Assembly: GCF_006345805.1 (NCBI RefSeq)
Contig: NC_042997.1
Span: 188,170,001-188,234,000 of the forward strand
Length of the DNA stretch: 64,000 nt
Direction: 5' to 3'
Source of the DNA: Octopus sinensis
Lineage: Eukaryota
Shown here one piece after another: positions 50,023-62,783 of this stretch. Numbering within the stretch: position 1 is the stretch's first letter; the number at the start of each line of letters is the position of its first letter. The notes beneath the pieces are model-generated. The model was not told the DNA's origin and did no database searches. It saw nothing but the letters and a program-made list of their open reading frames with translations. A program made the translations under genes and the position numbers.

Positions 50023-50354
50023 GATACCAATCTGCTTGAGGCTGCCTCTAGTTCCATGATACAAACCTCTTGTTTAAAATGATCTAAATCAAAACTCTCA
50101 ATCAAAATTTCACATTCATTTCTATATTTAGTTAGGACAAATTTTATTAAGTTCCTCATTATTTTGAAAATTAATTGAAACAAAGGCAGAGGAATATGCA
50201 AACAAAATATCACATTAAATTCTCCATTTCTCACAATCTATATTACATTTCATACTTCTCTTCATGAGAACTATTCTCTCTCCACATATTCCTGTATATT
50301 ACACTTCAATAATCTTATAACCATACTCATGTCTGCAATGAAAAGGTCACGATC

Positions 50355-50520
50355 GGTTGGTGCTTTTTACGTGCCACCAGCACGGAAGCCAGTCAAGGCG
50401 GTGCTGGCATTGGCCACATTCGGATGGTGCTTTTTACGTGCCACCGGCACAGGTATCACAACTACAATTTCCATTTGATTTTTTTGATGTTGATGTACTT
50501 GACTCAATAGGTCTCCTCGA
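50355..50520 (-). mobile_element. RTE 3' UTR fragment
   Basis: GGTGCTTTTTACGTGCCACC modules. Confidence 0.8.
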
Positions 50521-50549
50521 ATGTGAAAAAATGTATTTTCATTTTGTAT

Positions 50550-50770
50550 TCAGCATTTAGATTCCTTTGTCAAAAGTAATGCTTTTATATTCACATTGCT
50601 TTCAATAAATCATGCATTATCTCATAGCTTCAAGATTCTGATACTGTGATTGTTTTATTTTTAAAATGACATTGTTGGGTAAGAGTGAGAAGCTGGATCT
50701 GGCTGGTTTGAACATAAAACAGGTACAATATTTGGGCCAAATATGGCCAGTTTAAATACTAAAGGATTAA
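50550..50770 (-). mobile_element. Decayed copy of the piggyBac-like MITE at 30254
   Basis: Reverse complement of internal MITE sequence; ends AAATACTAAAGGATTAA. Confidence 0.7.
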
Positions 50771-51208
50771 ACATTTTAGAAACTTCAGAGGGTAGACAAC
50801 TAGCTCAGGGAACAACACTTCATATTCTGTGAGAACTCCCTCTGTGGGTATCTTGACCAAGGCATTTGGTTCTTAACTGCTGTATCCTCCTACCCATCAA
50901 GTTCCTGTTCAAACAACCCTATGATCAAAGGCATTTTTGGCATCACCATCTTGTTTTGTTTTTAGACAAGTGTACCTAGGATTACATCCAACTATTCTTA
51001 CTTTTTTTAAGACAGCAGAATGTTGTTATAGATTTGGCTGTCATTTATAGCAATTTAAGCAACTACACAGACTCTTTTGAGTACCACAGATGATATAATT
51101 CATGCTTATTTGCAATGACATAACAGTAAAATTTACAAGTGCATGAATGTTTTGTAGTGCTAAGTTCATGGGAAAAACTTCTTGTAATAACACAAGCATC
51201 CTACACAG

Positions 51209-51586
51209 AGGCGTAGGAGTGGCTGTGTGGTAAGTAGTTTGCTTATGAACCACATGGTTCTGGGTTCAGTGTCTTCTACTATAGCCTCGGGCCAACCAAA
51301 GCATTGTGAGTGGATTTGGTAGGCGGAAACTGAAAGAAACCCGTTGTATATATGTATGTGTGTGTGTGTGTGTTAGTTTGTGTGTCTGTATTTGTCTCCC
51401 CAACATCACTTGACAACCGATGCTGGTGTGTTTACATTCCCATAACTTAGCGGTTCGGCAAAGGTGACTGATAGAATAAGCACTTGGCCTACAAAGAATA
51501 AGTCCTGGGGTCGATTTGCTCAACTAAAGGCGGTGCTCCAGCATGACCACAGTCAAATGACTGAATCAAGTAAAAGAGTAAAGAGA
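51209..51586 (+). mobile_element. SINE family A
   Basis: Family sequence with small internal deletion. Confidence 0.9.
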
Positions 51587-51744
51587 GAGAAATTTGCTAC
51601 TAATTTACTCAATACCACAGTATCAAGGATCATTGTGATTTAGAAAAGTATAGATAATTGCTTAATTTTATGCATATTACAGCATATTTAAAAGTCTGCA
51701 TCATTTTCATGCCATCAAATTGATGATTATTATTTATTCAAGTT

Positions 51745-51965
51745 AAGGTGGTGGGCTGACAGAATCATTACCATGCCAGGCAAAATGCTTAGTGACATTT
51801 CTTCCGACTTCACATTCTGAGTTTAAATGCTGCTAGGGTTGACCTTGCCTTTCATCGTTTTAGGGTCAATAAAATAAGTACCAGCTGAATACTGGAGTCA
51901 ATGTAATCAGCTTACTCCATCCCTTGAAATTGCTGGCCTTGTGCCAAAATTTGAAATTTATTTAT
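51745..51965 (+). mobile_element. Older SINE family C variant
   Basis: AAGGTGGTGGGCTGACAGAATC..TTGACCTTGCCTTTCATC..GTGCCAAAATTTGAA; tail also at ~13570-13715. Confidence 0.75.
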
Positions 51966-53077
51966 TCAAGTTAATTCAGGTTTCAAGAAGAAGAAAATGG
52001 ATGTTGAATCTTATAAAAAATATAGAGTAGGAATGAAACAAGTGGTGATACACTGTGCTGAATTAAATTCATCCAACCTGTGCCAGCAATGAAATGTAGA
52101 TGTAAAATGATGATGATAATTCTGCACTGAAGGGCAAAACTTTTTAGCCACATATCTACATATCTTTTCAGAATATACTGGCCACATTTATCACTTAATA
52201 TACTTTCTGAGGACTGTGTATAAATGCTTTTTATGATTCAACCAACATGTTAGATTCTGGTGGTGGTAGAAAAAGGGGCTTTGTTCTATTGATGTATTGG
52301 AAATGGTTCGCTTTTTGATTACACTTAATTTGAACAGCTTTTCAAAGGTGTTCTGTTTAGCTAGTAAGGTTTGCTTGAACCTATTTCGATTTATTATTAA
52401 AGCTTTTATGGCTTTGAATCATTGAGAAGCATCTTTTCAGAAGATGATTCTGAATCTATCACAGGTTTTACCCAAAAGGAAATTTAAACTTATTTGTGTA
52501 AACTAATGAAATGCGAACCAATTATACCAAATCCTCTATATCAATAGCAGTAAGCTGCTTCCTCATGGTTGTTCACTCAATTTCAACTCTCCTACATAAT
52601 CAAAAGCATTCTAACTGTGACCATCCTGTCAATTATCTAGGTATAGTGTACTGAGTGTATCATTCCTCTTTTGAGATAATATTTGACTACTATTTTGAGC
52701 AATATTGCCAATGGGGATGCCTTATATAGTTGCTTGAGATACAAGAAAAAGTAGCCAAATCATCCTCAAATCACACTTCCATTTTAAATAAATGAAGATA
52801 CATTGAACAATGGAGTTTCTAATATACAAATCGATGAGCTAATCACTGTTCATATGGCTTTGATCAATCATGACTCTGTTCAACCAGGGCAGATCTAGAA
52901 CAAATGACTAGTGTTAGGTGAACTGAACTACTTGAGAGTCCACTGAGTTGAGAGATAACAGTAAATCAATGATCATTTAATCAGCAGTCCAGCTGTCTCA
53001 GCGCCTAGTTAGCTTTATGTTTCAATGATATAATGATATTGAAAATACATTTGAATGTTGTATGAGCTATTATTTTA

Positions 53078-53537
53078 TTCTTTTACTTGTTTCAGTCATT
53101 TGTCTGCAGCCATGCTGGTGCACTGCCATTAGTCGAGCAAATCAACCCCTTTATAAGCCTAGTACTTGTTCTATCGGTCTCTTTTGCTGAACCGCTAAGT
53201 TACGGGAACGTAAACACACCAGCATCAGTTGTCAAATGATGTTGAGGGGACAAACACGGACACACAAACTTACACACACATATATGATGGGCTTAAGACC
53301 AGCATCAGCTGTCAAGCGATGTTGGGGGGACAAACACAGACACACAAACACACACACACACACATATATATACGACGGGCTTCTTTCAGTTTCCGTCTAC
53401 CAAACCCACTCACAAGGCTTTGGGCAGCCCGAGGCTATAGTAGAAGACACTTGCCCAAGGTGCCATGCAGTGGGACTGAACCCGGAACCATGTGGTTGGT
53501 AAGCAAGCTACTTACCACACAGCCACTCCTGCGCCTA
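53078..53537 (-). mobile_element. SINE family A with ~80-bp internal duplication
   Basis: ACCAGCATCAG..GACAAACAC..ATGGGCTT occurs twice (~53218 and ~53299). Confidence 0.9.
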
Positions 53538-53577
53538 TGTACATCTTTGCTGTGTACATCTTTGAAAAAATTTATAT

Positions 53578-53978
53578 AGGTGCAGGAGTGGCTGTGTGGT
53601 AAGTAGCTTGCTTATGAACCACATGGTTCCGGGTTCAGTCCCACTGTGTGGCACCTTGGGCAAGTGTCTTCTACTATAGCCTTGGGCTGACCAAAGCCTT
53701 GTGAGTGGATTTGGTAGATGGAAACTGAAAGAAACCCATTGTATATATGTATATATATATGTGTGTGTGTATATGTTTGTGTGTCTGTGTTTGTCACCCC
53801 AACATCGCTTGACAACCGATGCTGGTGTGTTTACATCCCCGTAACTTAGCGGTTCAGCAAAAGAGACCGATAGAATAAGTACTAGGCTTACAAAGAAGAA
53901 GTCCTGGGGTCGATTTGCTCGACTAAAGGCGGTGCTGTAGCATGGCCACAGTCAAAACGACTGAAGTAAAAGAGTAAA
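53578..53978 (+). mobile_element. SINE family A, head-to-head with previous copy
   Basis: Family sequence, ~40-bp spacer. Confidence 0.92.
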
Positions 53979-55022
53979 TTCATACCTACTTGCAAAACCA
54001 AAAAAGAAAACAATGGTAAAACACTTTAATGCAGTGTTTCTCAGGGCTGGCCAGGCTGTAGGGATTGAAAGGGAATGGGAAAATTAGCATATTAAATAAA
54101 AATAATTGATTTATGCTTTTTAAACTTGGCCAAAATAATGGTGAAGATAGAAGAATTATATGGGGGCAAACTGTATTTTGCCTTTGTTTTAATAAAGAGG
54201 TAAAGAGTGGGGTTAAAAATTTCACAATTATATTTTTGTTTTTAGTGGTTAGATTGATATTAATCAGTTTGAAGACCATCACTTTTTTAGTGTACTCTCC
54301 ACTCTGGTTGCTATAAATGCTGGACTTCACAATCACTGATTATCTCTCCTGGTAGTCTGATACAGCTCATAAACAAAGCCATATTAAGGTACAGGTCTAG
54401 GGGCCCAATTCTGATCTATGCATGATGTAGCTTGCTGTCGATAGATAAATGCTGATTTTCCCAGGGGCCTATAATGCTACTAAAATGGCCCTACTTATAA
54501 CACATCATAAACTACCACAAAGACTGGTTTACCTCTTTGGATCCAGAAGAGATTGCTGCTAACTTTCAACAAAACTCAAAAGAGGTCCACAATGGAAATA
54601 TACTTTGACATTTAGGATGGCACTGTTGCTACACACAAAAAAGCCTGTTGGCTAATTGCCAAAGAATCACTCAACAATATACTCCCTTCCTTACCTTATA
54701 GAGGTGCTGCCACTTCCCTTTTCTTCCATGGTCTCTACTCTTCAGACCTAGCTGTCAGTATACTATTTACACTTAGACCCATCTAACACACTCATCTCAC
54801 TTTTTCTCTTCATACATTCAGTATCCTTTCCAGGCCCTGTATTAACCCTTCTTTTTCCTGTCATTCATTCCTAGAATGTAAAACCTCGAGAATTCCTTCC
54901 TTAACCAAGTTTTTCCTACAATTGTTGATTTAAAGATGTTCAGTTTTGGAGGGTTTACAAAGGTTAAGGGCTCAGTTTCTAACTCTGCTAAAACTATAAA
55001 AAAAAAAATCTGATTGCTACAT

Positions 55023-55421
55023 AGGTGCAGAAGTGGCTGTGTGGTAAGTAGCTTGGTTACCAACCACATGGTTTTGGGTTCAGTCCCACTGCATGGCACC
55101 TTGGGCAAGTGTCTTCTACTATAGCCTTGGGCCAACCAAAGCCTTGTGAGTGGATTTGGTAGATGGAAACTGAAAGAAGCCCTTCATATATATGTATATA
55201 TATGTGTGTGTGTTTGTGTGTCTGTGTTTGTCCTCCCAACATCGCTTGACAACCGATGCTGGTGTGCTTACGTCCCCGTAACTTAGCAGTTTGGCAAAAG
55301 AGACCGATAGAATAAGTACTAGGCTTACAAAGAATTTGGGGTTGATTTGGGGTTGATTTGCTCGACTAAAAGTGGTGCTCCAGCATGACCGCAGTCAAAT
55401 GACTGAAACAAGTAACAAGAG
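55023..55421 (+). mobile_element. SINE family A
   Basis: Family sequence. Confidence 0.92.
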
Positions 55422-55924
55422 TATCTTGAAATGGATAGGACTCTATAAAAAGAAAATAACAAAAATAAAACAGATAAATGAAACTGAAGGATTGAAATTT
55501 CTGTGGAAAAAATTCAGACTTGGTCACAAATAGAATATTTTTATAGTTTTGTATATGAGACATTATAAAGCCATCTTGCTGGTTATGTTAGAAAAGATAT
55601 ACAGTTATAAATTAATTGCTTAAAATATACATGCAAATATGCATCCCAGTATCCATTCCAGAATAAATAATAGTGTGTAAATAAACAATTACACAGACAC
55701 ACACACGCAATTTCATTAAAGGTTTTGTTGAGACATGAAAATAAAAAAAAGAAATCCAAGATGTAAAGCAACCAAGAAACTGTTAATGAGATGGAGAAGA
55801 GGAAAAAATAGAGGACAAAGACAATGTTAGGAATACTGTTAATGATGACAGCAATGATGATGATATTAGCACCCTGCTTTTAAATTTGCTATTTGGCTAT
55901 TTGAATGTCTTTAGACTGACATCT

Positions 55925-56102
55925 TTACTTTACTCTTTTGTTTCAGTCATTTGACTGTGGCCATGCTGGAGCACCGCCTTTAGTCGAGCAGATTGACCCC
56001 AGGACTTATTCTTTGGATGCCTAGTACTTATTCTATCGGTTTCTTTTGCCGAACTGCTAAGTTACGGAGACATAAACACACCACCATCGGTTGTCAAGCG
56101 AT

Positions 56103-56133
<31 letters not shown>

Positions 56134-56168
56134 CATACATACATACATACGACGGGCTTCTTTCAGTT
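55925..56168 (-). mobile_element. SINE family A, 3' part
   Basis: Family sequence. Confidence 0.88.
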
Positions 56169-57484
56169 GTGAAAAAAAAAAAGCTGAGAGTAGATTTTGT
56201 GCACTGAGATTCATTTCCCACACTTTTTGGTCATTCAAAGAGTGACTCAAAAGCGACAAAGGCTTACTGATTGTGGAGTCAGACCAACTGCCTGGAGGTA
56301 AGCAATATCCTTAATCTAAAATCAAAACCATTGATCCACCAGACATTTCTCAGCTTTCCAGTTCCATCTAATTAAAGGAGAGCCTAACATATGAACAATA
56401 TCCTAGTTTGGAGAGTAGGGAGCTGGGGTTGGTGAGAAGTGGAGCCAACTTCCTTTTTTTCAACTAAATCTTGCTGCTTTTACAGACAAGGGCAATACAG
56501 ATTGTCCTGCTTCTATTCTTCACTCTGAGCGAACAGTAATTTGGAAACCTATCAAAGAGATAGATTAGCAATTACTAGGAAATAGAAAAGACAGGATAAG
56601 AGGTGAAGAAATTAGGATGAATCATAAGATAAACTTTTTAGAACTATCTCAATCATGTGACTTCAATTCAATATTTGCAAATATGTGTTTATTTCTGTAT
56701 TTAGGTCAAATCAAATAGCTTAATCTTGCCAACACCACAGAATTCATATGCCTATCAAGAGCACTGCATTGTTCTCAATTGTTGTTTGTAGTGGTGGTGG
56801 TGATGGTGATGGTAGTGTGGTGGTGGTGGTGATGGTGTTGGTGGCAGTACTGGTGCCAGCAAAAGTGTTACTGTTATATTATTGTTTTAACTTAGCTCCA
56901 GTTCAGCAATAATAGAACAAATTTACGATCAGAAACATTCCAGCCAGGACCATCCTGTCTTTTATTCTGATCTGAAAGTGTGTCTAAGATTACATTATTT
57001 GCTTGGACAGTAGTGCTTAATTTGGTAGAGATTTGGCAGCTGTTTCTAACAAATCAAGCAATGACAAAGAGGTCACTTTACTGTGGTGGTGGTGGTGGTG
57101 GTGGTACAAGTGATGGTCTTGTCAGTAATGGTGGCGCTGCTGGAGGTGGTATTGTTGGTGTGAACTGAAAAATTGACTTTGTTCAAGCTCCAGGTCAACC
57201 CTAATTGTGCAGACCTAAGAACTAAAGCATTCCAGTCATGACCATCCATTTTTTTTAGTGTTATATAGGACTGCATTATTTAATGTGCTCCATCCGTCAA
57301 TAGGATAATAAGAAGGTAATTTGAAGGAGTTTTGGCTGTTATTTCTAGCAGGTCAAATGACCACATTAAGAATTCATCCTTAGTATGTTGTTGATGTTGT
57401 TGCATAGCCCCAGATCAGTATTGGCCAAAGCAGTAATCAACTGAACACAACACACATGTAGTTAGCTGAACAACATACAGATCT

Positions 57485-57725
57485 ATCATTCCTTATCATC
57501 ATCATCATCATCGTTTAACGTCCGTTTTCCACGCTAGCATGGGTTGGACGGTTCGACTGGGGTCTGAGAAGCCAGGGGCTGCACCAGGCTCCAGTCTGAT
57601 CTGGCAGCGTTTCTACAGCTGGATGCCCTTCCTAACGCCAACCATTCCGCGAGTGTAGTGGGTGCTTTTTACGTGCCACCTGCACAGATGCCAGGGGGGT
57701 CCGGCATCGGCCATGATCGGTTGGA
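57485..57725 (-). mobile_element. RTE 3' tail copy, young
   Basis: (ATC)n GTTTAACGTCCGTTTTCCACGCTAGCATGGGTTGGACGG.. Confidence 0.9.
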
Positions 57726-57818
57726 GCTTATATCATGTTTTCTGACTTAATCAAGACCTTACTGCACACTTGGACATATAGTAATGGAGTGTAGGGAATA
57801 TAGCATGACAGTCAAAAC

Positions 57819-58324
57819 CAGTGGTTTCCAAACATTTTCAGGCTGCCACCCACCTGGCACCCAGACCACATTCCTAGTGCCCCACCCACTTCCAACCACA
57901 AACACAGCCATTCAAGAATTTGGACCTGGAGATCTCCATTTCCAGTGACTTCGAGGGCCACCTCCCAGTGGTGTCGGGCATCAATGAAGAGCCCGCGACT
58001 ACAACAAGACGACCAAAGTTTTTCTTTTCCAAGGTCTGGGGTCTCCTGCCCCTAAGCCCTAGACCATCACCTAATTACCCTTACCCATCTTGTTGCTTAA
58101 CAACAACAACAACCACAAACACAGACCACATTCTGCAGCAAATTCAAAACAACTGTATTTCAAAAATAAAACTTAACCTAATTAACCTATTATTCAGGTT
58201 TTTTTACATCCATCATCTCCTTTTGGCCACTCCCTTATCACCCCACTTTTTCTCAATGCTTCCCCCTTGGATCTTTCCACTGCTCCCGCCAAGGGGGCAG
58301 TAACATAAACTTTGGGAACAACTG
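57819..58324. mobile_element. hAT-like MITE with nested (AAC)n-tailed retroposon fragment
   Basis: TIR CAGTGGTTTCCAAAC / TTTGGGAACAACTG; insert 57908-58110 flanked by AACCACAAACACAG repeats. Confidence 0.7.
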
Positions 58325-58369
58325 AGCAAGACATACTCCACTCTTTCTACAGTCCAGTTTAATTCTTAT

Positions 58370-59013
58370 TTCTTTATTTCCCCCAAAGGGGCTAAACATA
58401 GAGGGGTCAAACAAGGACAGACAAACGGATTAAGTCGATTACATCGACCCCAGTGTGTAACTGGCACCTAATTTATCGACCCCGAATGGATGAAAGGCAA
58501 AGTCGACCTCGGCAGAATTTGAACTCAGAATGAAATACCTATTTCTTTACTGCCCACAAGGGGCTACACATAGAGGGGACAAACAAGGACAGACAAACGG
58601 ATTAAGTCGATTAGATCAACCCCAGTGCATAACTGGTACTTATTTAATTGACCCCAAAAGGATGAGAGGCAAAGTCGACCTCGGTGGAATTTGAACTCAG
58701 AACGTAACAGCAGACGAAATACGGCTACGCATTTCGCCCGGCATGCTAATGTTTCTGCCAGCTCGCAGCCTTCAAAATACCTATCTCTTTACTACCCACA
58801 AGGGGCTAAATACAGAGAGGACAAAGAAGGACAGACAAACGGATTAAGTCGATTACATCGACTCCAGTGCATAACTGGTACTTATTTAATCGACCCCGAA
58901 AGGATGAAAGGCAAAGTCGACCTCGGCAGAATTTGAACTCAGAACATAGTGGCAGACGAAATACCGCTAAGCATTTTGCCTGGCGTGCTAACGTTTCTGC
59001 CAGCTCACCGCCT
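58370..59013 (-). mobile_element. SINE family C, tandem trimer
   Basis: Three head-to-tail units with junctions AAATACCTAT(T/C)TCTTTACT at ~58532 and ~58775. Confidence 0.92.
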
Positions 59014-59797
59014 TAATTCTATATCCATGTAACTTCAGGTGATGCCCACAATGGAAATACAGCGAGCAAAGAGGTCACTCTGGGGGGTTGGCGGCCACTC
59101 AATTCACAAGATTAGCAGCCATATCTCCCCAGATATTACTTTTTTTGCTTTGTTGTTGTTGTTTGATGGTATTTAGTGGCATAAATGGTGGTCTCTTGGC
59201 AGCAGTGCTGTTGGGTGATGGCATGGAAAGCAATTTCTTAATATTTTTTTTCTCTCTCTCTCACCTGCATGCACCCTGCTTCTACCCACAACTGTCTATG
59301 CATAGATAATCTGAATTGTTGGCTAATTGTTGAAATTTCTGTGTAAACCTAACAGGAATGAGGAATCAGTCCATTCCTAGACAAGGAACTAGTCAAGCAG
59401 GAGATGAGGAACTATTTTTAATTTCAGAAGGGTATAATATCATATAAAAAGTGAGATATAATTTTCACTAATGTTAGTCATCATTTTTAGTTCTGTAGCT
59501 GCTATAAACACCACCACCACCACCACCACTACCACTACTACTACTACTACTACTACTAACATTGGTACTAGGATCACAGTCACAATCATTACTCTTTCCC
59601 CCAGTTACCCAAACTCACACACACAATCAGCTCCATTAATACCTGCCTCAACTATTATAGTTACATGATTTAACAAAGAAGATTGTACACTCCACCCTGC
59701 TAGATACAGCAGCCAAATCTCTCCCAAATTACACCTCCATTACACCTCCCAAATTACACCTCTATTAGAAATAACTGCCAAGTCTCTCTCAAATCAT

Positions 59798-59972
59798 ACT
59801 CTTTACTCTTTTACTTGTTTCAGTCATTTGACTGTGGCCATGCTGGAGCACCACCTTTAGTCGAGCACATTGACCCCAGGACTTATTCTTTGTAAGCCTA
59901 GTACTTATTCTATCGGTCTCTTTTGCTGAACCGCTAAGTTACAGGGACATAAACACACTAGCATCGGTTGTC
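59798..59972 (-). mobile_element. SINE family A, 3' part
   Basis: Family sequence. Confidence 0.88.
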
Positions 59973-60363
59973 ATACATGCCAGCTCAATTTGATTCATAC
60001 TCAGTCAAAAGACACCTGTTGTTATTTTCTTGTTGTTTGTATTTGTAATTGCGTACCATATTCTCCATTTTTTGTCTTTGTTGCCATATACACATTTGCT
60101 AGCTGTCTTACAAAGAAATCTAATGTTCCTAGCTTAGACTGTTTTGGAGGCAACCAGATTGAACTGTCTCAAGTGTAACTGCCCAAAACAGTATGGACGT
60201 CTGATAAACTTGACTGATGAAAGAAGGTTACAAATGACCTGTCTTTCTTTTCCCTGCCCTTCTAATTGTTGTTTCTCTTGTCTGTCTTTGTATTGTCTAT
60301 CTGTCCGAATGTTTTATTGTCCTCTATTGCGTCTTTGTTCCATGTTTGATATATATATATAGA

Positions 60364-60515
60364 GACTACACTCTCGGAGTGGTTGGCATTAGGAAGGGCA
60401 TCCAGCTGTAGAAACTCTGCCAGATCAGATTGGAGCCTGGTGCAGCCATCTGGTTTGCCAGTCCTCAGTCAAATCATCCAACCCATGCTAGCATGGTTAA
60501 ACGATGATGATGATG
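60364..60515 (+). mobile_element. RTE 3' tail copy
   Basis: ACTACACTCTCGGAGTGGTTGGCATTAGGAAGGGCATCCAGC..(GAT)n. Confidence 0.88.
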
Positions 60516-60914
60516 GTACAATGGGCTTCTTTCAATTCACATCAACCAAATCCACTCAAGGGCTTGGTTGACCTGGGGCTATGGTAGGTCTGCTGGATCA
60601 TAGGTGACTAAAGGCTTAACAACAACAATAAAAACAATTAGTCAAACCACTCCACTCCCAGGACAACCAAAAATACAATGAGTTTTCACTGATATTTCAA
60701 AACAGGAATTGTAACCACAGAGGAACGCCAACAAACGCTGACTTTCCTGCAACTTGTCACACAATGGCAATACAATTAAATGTTCACAATAGACTTGTTT
60801 AGAATAGAATTAAAGAATTTCTTTTTCATTCCATTGTGATTGGTCATTTGGTTGTCATTTTACAAAGTGGGCTTTGACAATAAAACCAGACTAATTTACC
60901 AATTTTTATCTTCA

Positions 60915-61140
60915 ATCTTTTACTTGTTTCAGTCACTGGACAGCAACAAAGCTGAGGCATCACCTCAAAGGGGTTTTTAGTCAAATGAATCAACCCCAGT
61001 ACTTATTTTTATTCATTTATTTTAAAACCTAGTATTCTATTGGTCTTTTATACCAAATCACAAAGTTATGGGGATGTAAACAAACTAACACTGGTTGTCA
61101 ATTACTGGGCAACAAACACAAAGACACACACATATATACA
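60915..61140 (-). mobile_element. Older SINE family A 3' part
   Basis: Diverged family sequence. Confidence 0.7.
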
Positions 61141-61185
61141 TAAATACACACACATACGTATGTTTATATATGTATATATATATAT

Positions 61186-62070
61186 ATACGTGGCCTGATC
61201 AATGGACAGTTGCCATTGTAATGAAGTTAAAGCATGCAGAGTGAAGCCACTTGGCACAGACTGACCTTGAGCTCTACTGTGCATGCGCACCAAGTTTTAA
61301 TGTTCTAGCTCATTTCTGCTGCTTACAGCAGTGCTTGGAAGGAAGGTGTGTAGTGTGTGATCGTCGCATTGAGCATGACAGAAAAAGTTGAGCAGTGAAT
61401 CTGCATCAAATTTTGCCAAAAGCTTGGCAATACCTGGTCAGAGGCCTACACAAAGTTTTCAAAAAGTTTTCCTTGTCTTTGACATAATCAAGGTGATCTT
61501 GTGCAACAGAAACCCGAGTGCCTTTTTGGTCAGCTGAAAGCAGATTTGGTACAAAATTGACAGACATGCAGCTCATACCCAAATCTTCAGTGATAATGGA
61601 CTGAACTGAATTGTAACTAAGCTGCACATCCTTTGATAACTCATGGATGGTAATTCGACTATTCCGCCCCCCCCCCCTTCACAGCTGCATGCACATCTGT
61701 GATGTTTTGCTCAGTTCTGCTGGTTGTAGGTCTCCCAGAATGTTCATCAATACCGACATTTTTCAGTGATCTTGGAAACATCTGACCCACTCATATACTA
61801 GTATGTGGCTCATACATTCCTCTCCATACACTTTCTGCAACTTTGCGTAGGCCTCTGAACTGGTATCGCCATGACAATTTCTCTGTCATGGTCAATGCGA
61901 TGATCACACACTACACACCTTCCTTCCAAACATTGCTGTAAACAGCAGGAGTGAGGTAGAATGTTAAAACTTAGTGCACATGCACAGCGAAGTTCAAGGT
62001 CAATCTGTGTCAAGCGGGTTCACTCTGTGTGCTTTAGCTTCATTACTATGGCAACAGTCCGGATATGTTA
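61186..62070. mobile_element. Two convergent mariner 5' ends forming an inverted structure
   Basis: Plus copy MTEKVEQ*ICIKFCQKLG (~61376); minus copy from ~62070 with the same leader and SGRPTTSRT..LSYNSVQSIITEDLGM..VNFVPNLLS. Confidence 0.82.
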
Positions 62071-62132
62071 GCATGGAAGGTGGACATTAAATGATGATGA
62101 TGATGATGATCCTCATCATGATATTGTTATAT

Positions 62133-62350
62133 TTTGGGATGGTCATTTTTTTCTCCAAATAAACTCATGCACTATATATTCGTTCTTCGCTTCAGCTTTG
62201 TTATTGTTCTTATCTTAGTTTTCTTGGTCTTAAATCTTTCGTCACATTTCCTGTGACCTCTTCAGCAACTCTGTATCCCATATGTCTCCTCCTGATCTGA
62301 AATCATGTTGAAACAGAAATTGTTGTATTTTGGGATGGTCATTTTTTGTT
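62133..62350 (-). mobile_element. Penelope-type terminal repeat remnant with degenerate hammerhead core
   Basis: Minus strand CUGAAGA-G-GUCAC-AGGAAAU-GUGAC-GAAA-GAUUUA at 62265-62231; TTTTGGGATGGTCATTTTTT repeated at both ends. Confidence 0.55.
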
Positions 62351-62559
62351 TTTGTGAAAATAAACACATGCAGTGGAACTGAACCCGGAACCATGTGGTT
62401 GGTAAGCAAGCTACTTACCACACAGCCACTCCTATGCCTATATATATATATATCTTTTTTTAACATTGGGCCTCAAAGAGGCAATGACAAGTGACTGAGA
62501 CCTTTGGCAATTTGCTGTACTTGAGAAGATTCAAGTCAAGCAAAATCATAGTCAGTGTC

Positions 62560-62783
62560 ATGTAACTGGCACCTGTGCTGGTGGCACATGAAAACACTCA
62601 GCTGGAAGCAAGTAAAAGGCACCCATTACACTCTTGGAGTGGTTGGCATTAGGAAGGGCATCCAGCTGTAGAAACCAAGCCAAATTAGATTGGAGCTTGG
62701 TGCAGCTCTCTGGTTTATCAGTTCCAGTCAAACTGTTTAACCCATGCAAGCATGGAAAGCAGACACTAAATGATGATGATGAT
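62560..62783 (+). mobile_element. RTE 3' tail copy
   Basis: Tail sequence ending AAATGATGATGATGAT. Confidence 0.85.

Noticed and set aside
52190-52420. ~70-codon stop-free minus-strand frame (also ~55 codons at 60650-60810)
   Set aside because: No start or splice acceptor and no recognisable motif; expected by chance
59088-59309. Hydrophobic 73-aa ORF resembling a membrane peptide
   Set aside because: Built from low-complexity GT/GGT-rich repeat sequence
9900-62466. Recurrent ORFs ending EDTCPRCHAVGLNPEPCGW or containing FRLPNPLTRLW
   Set aside because: Chance frames of SINE family A, not a gene family
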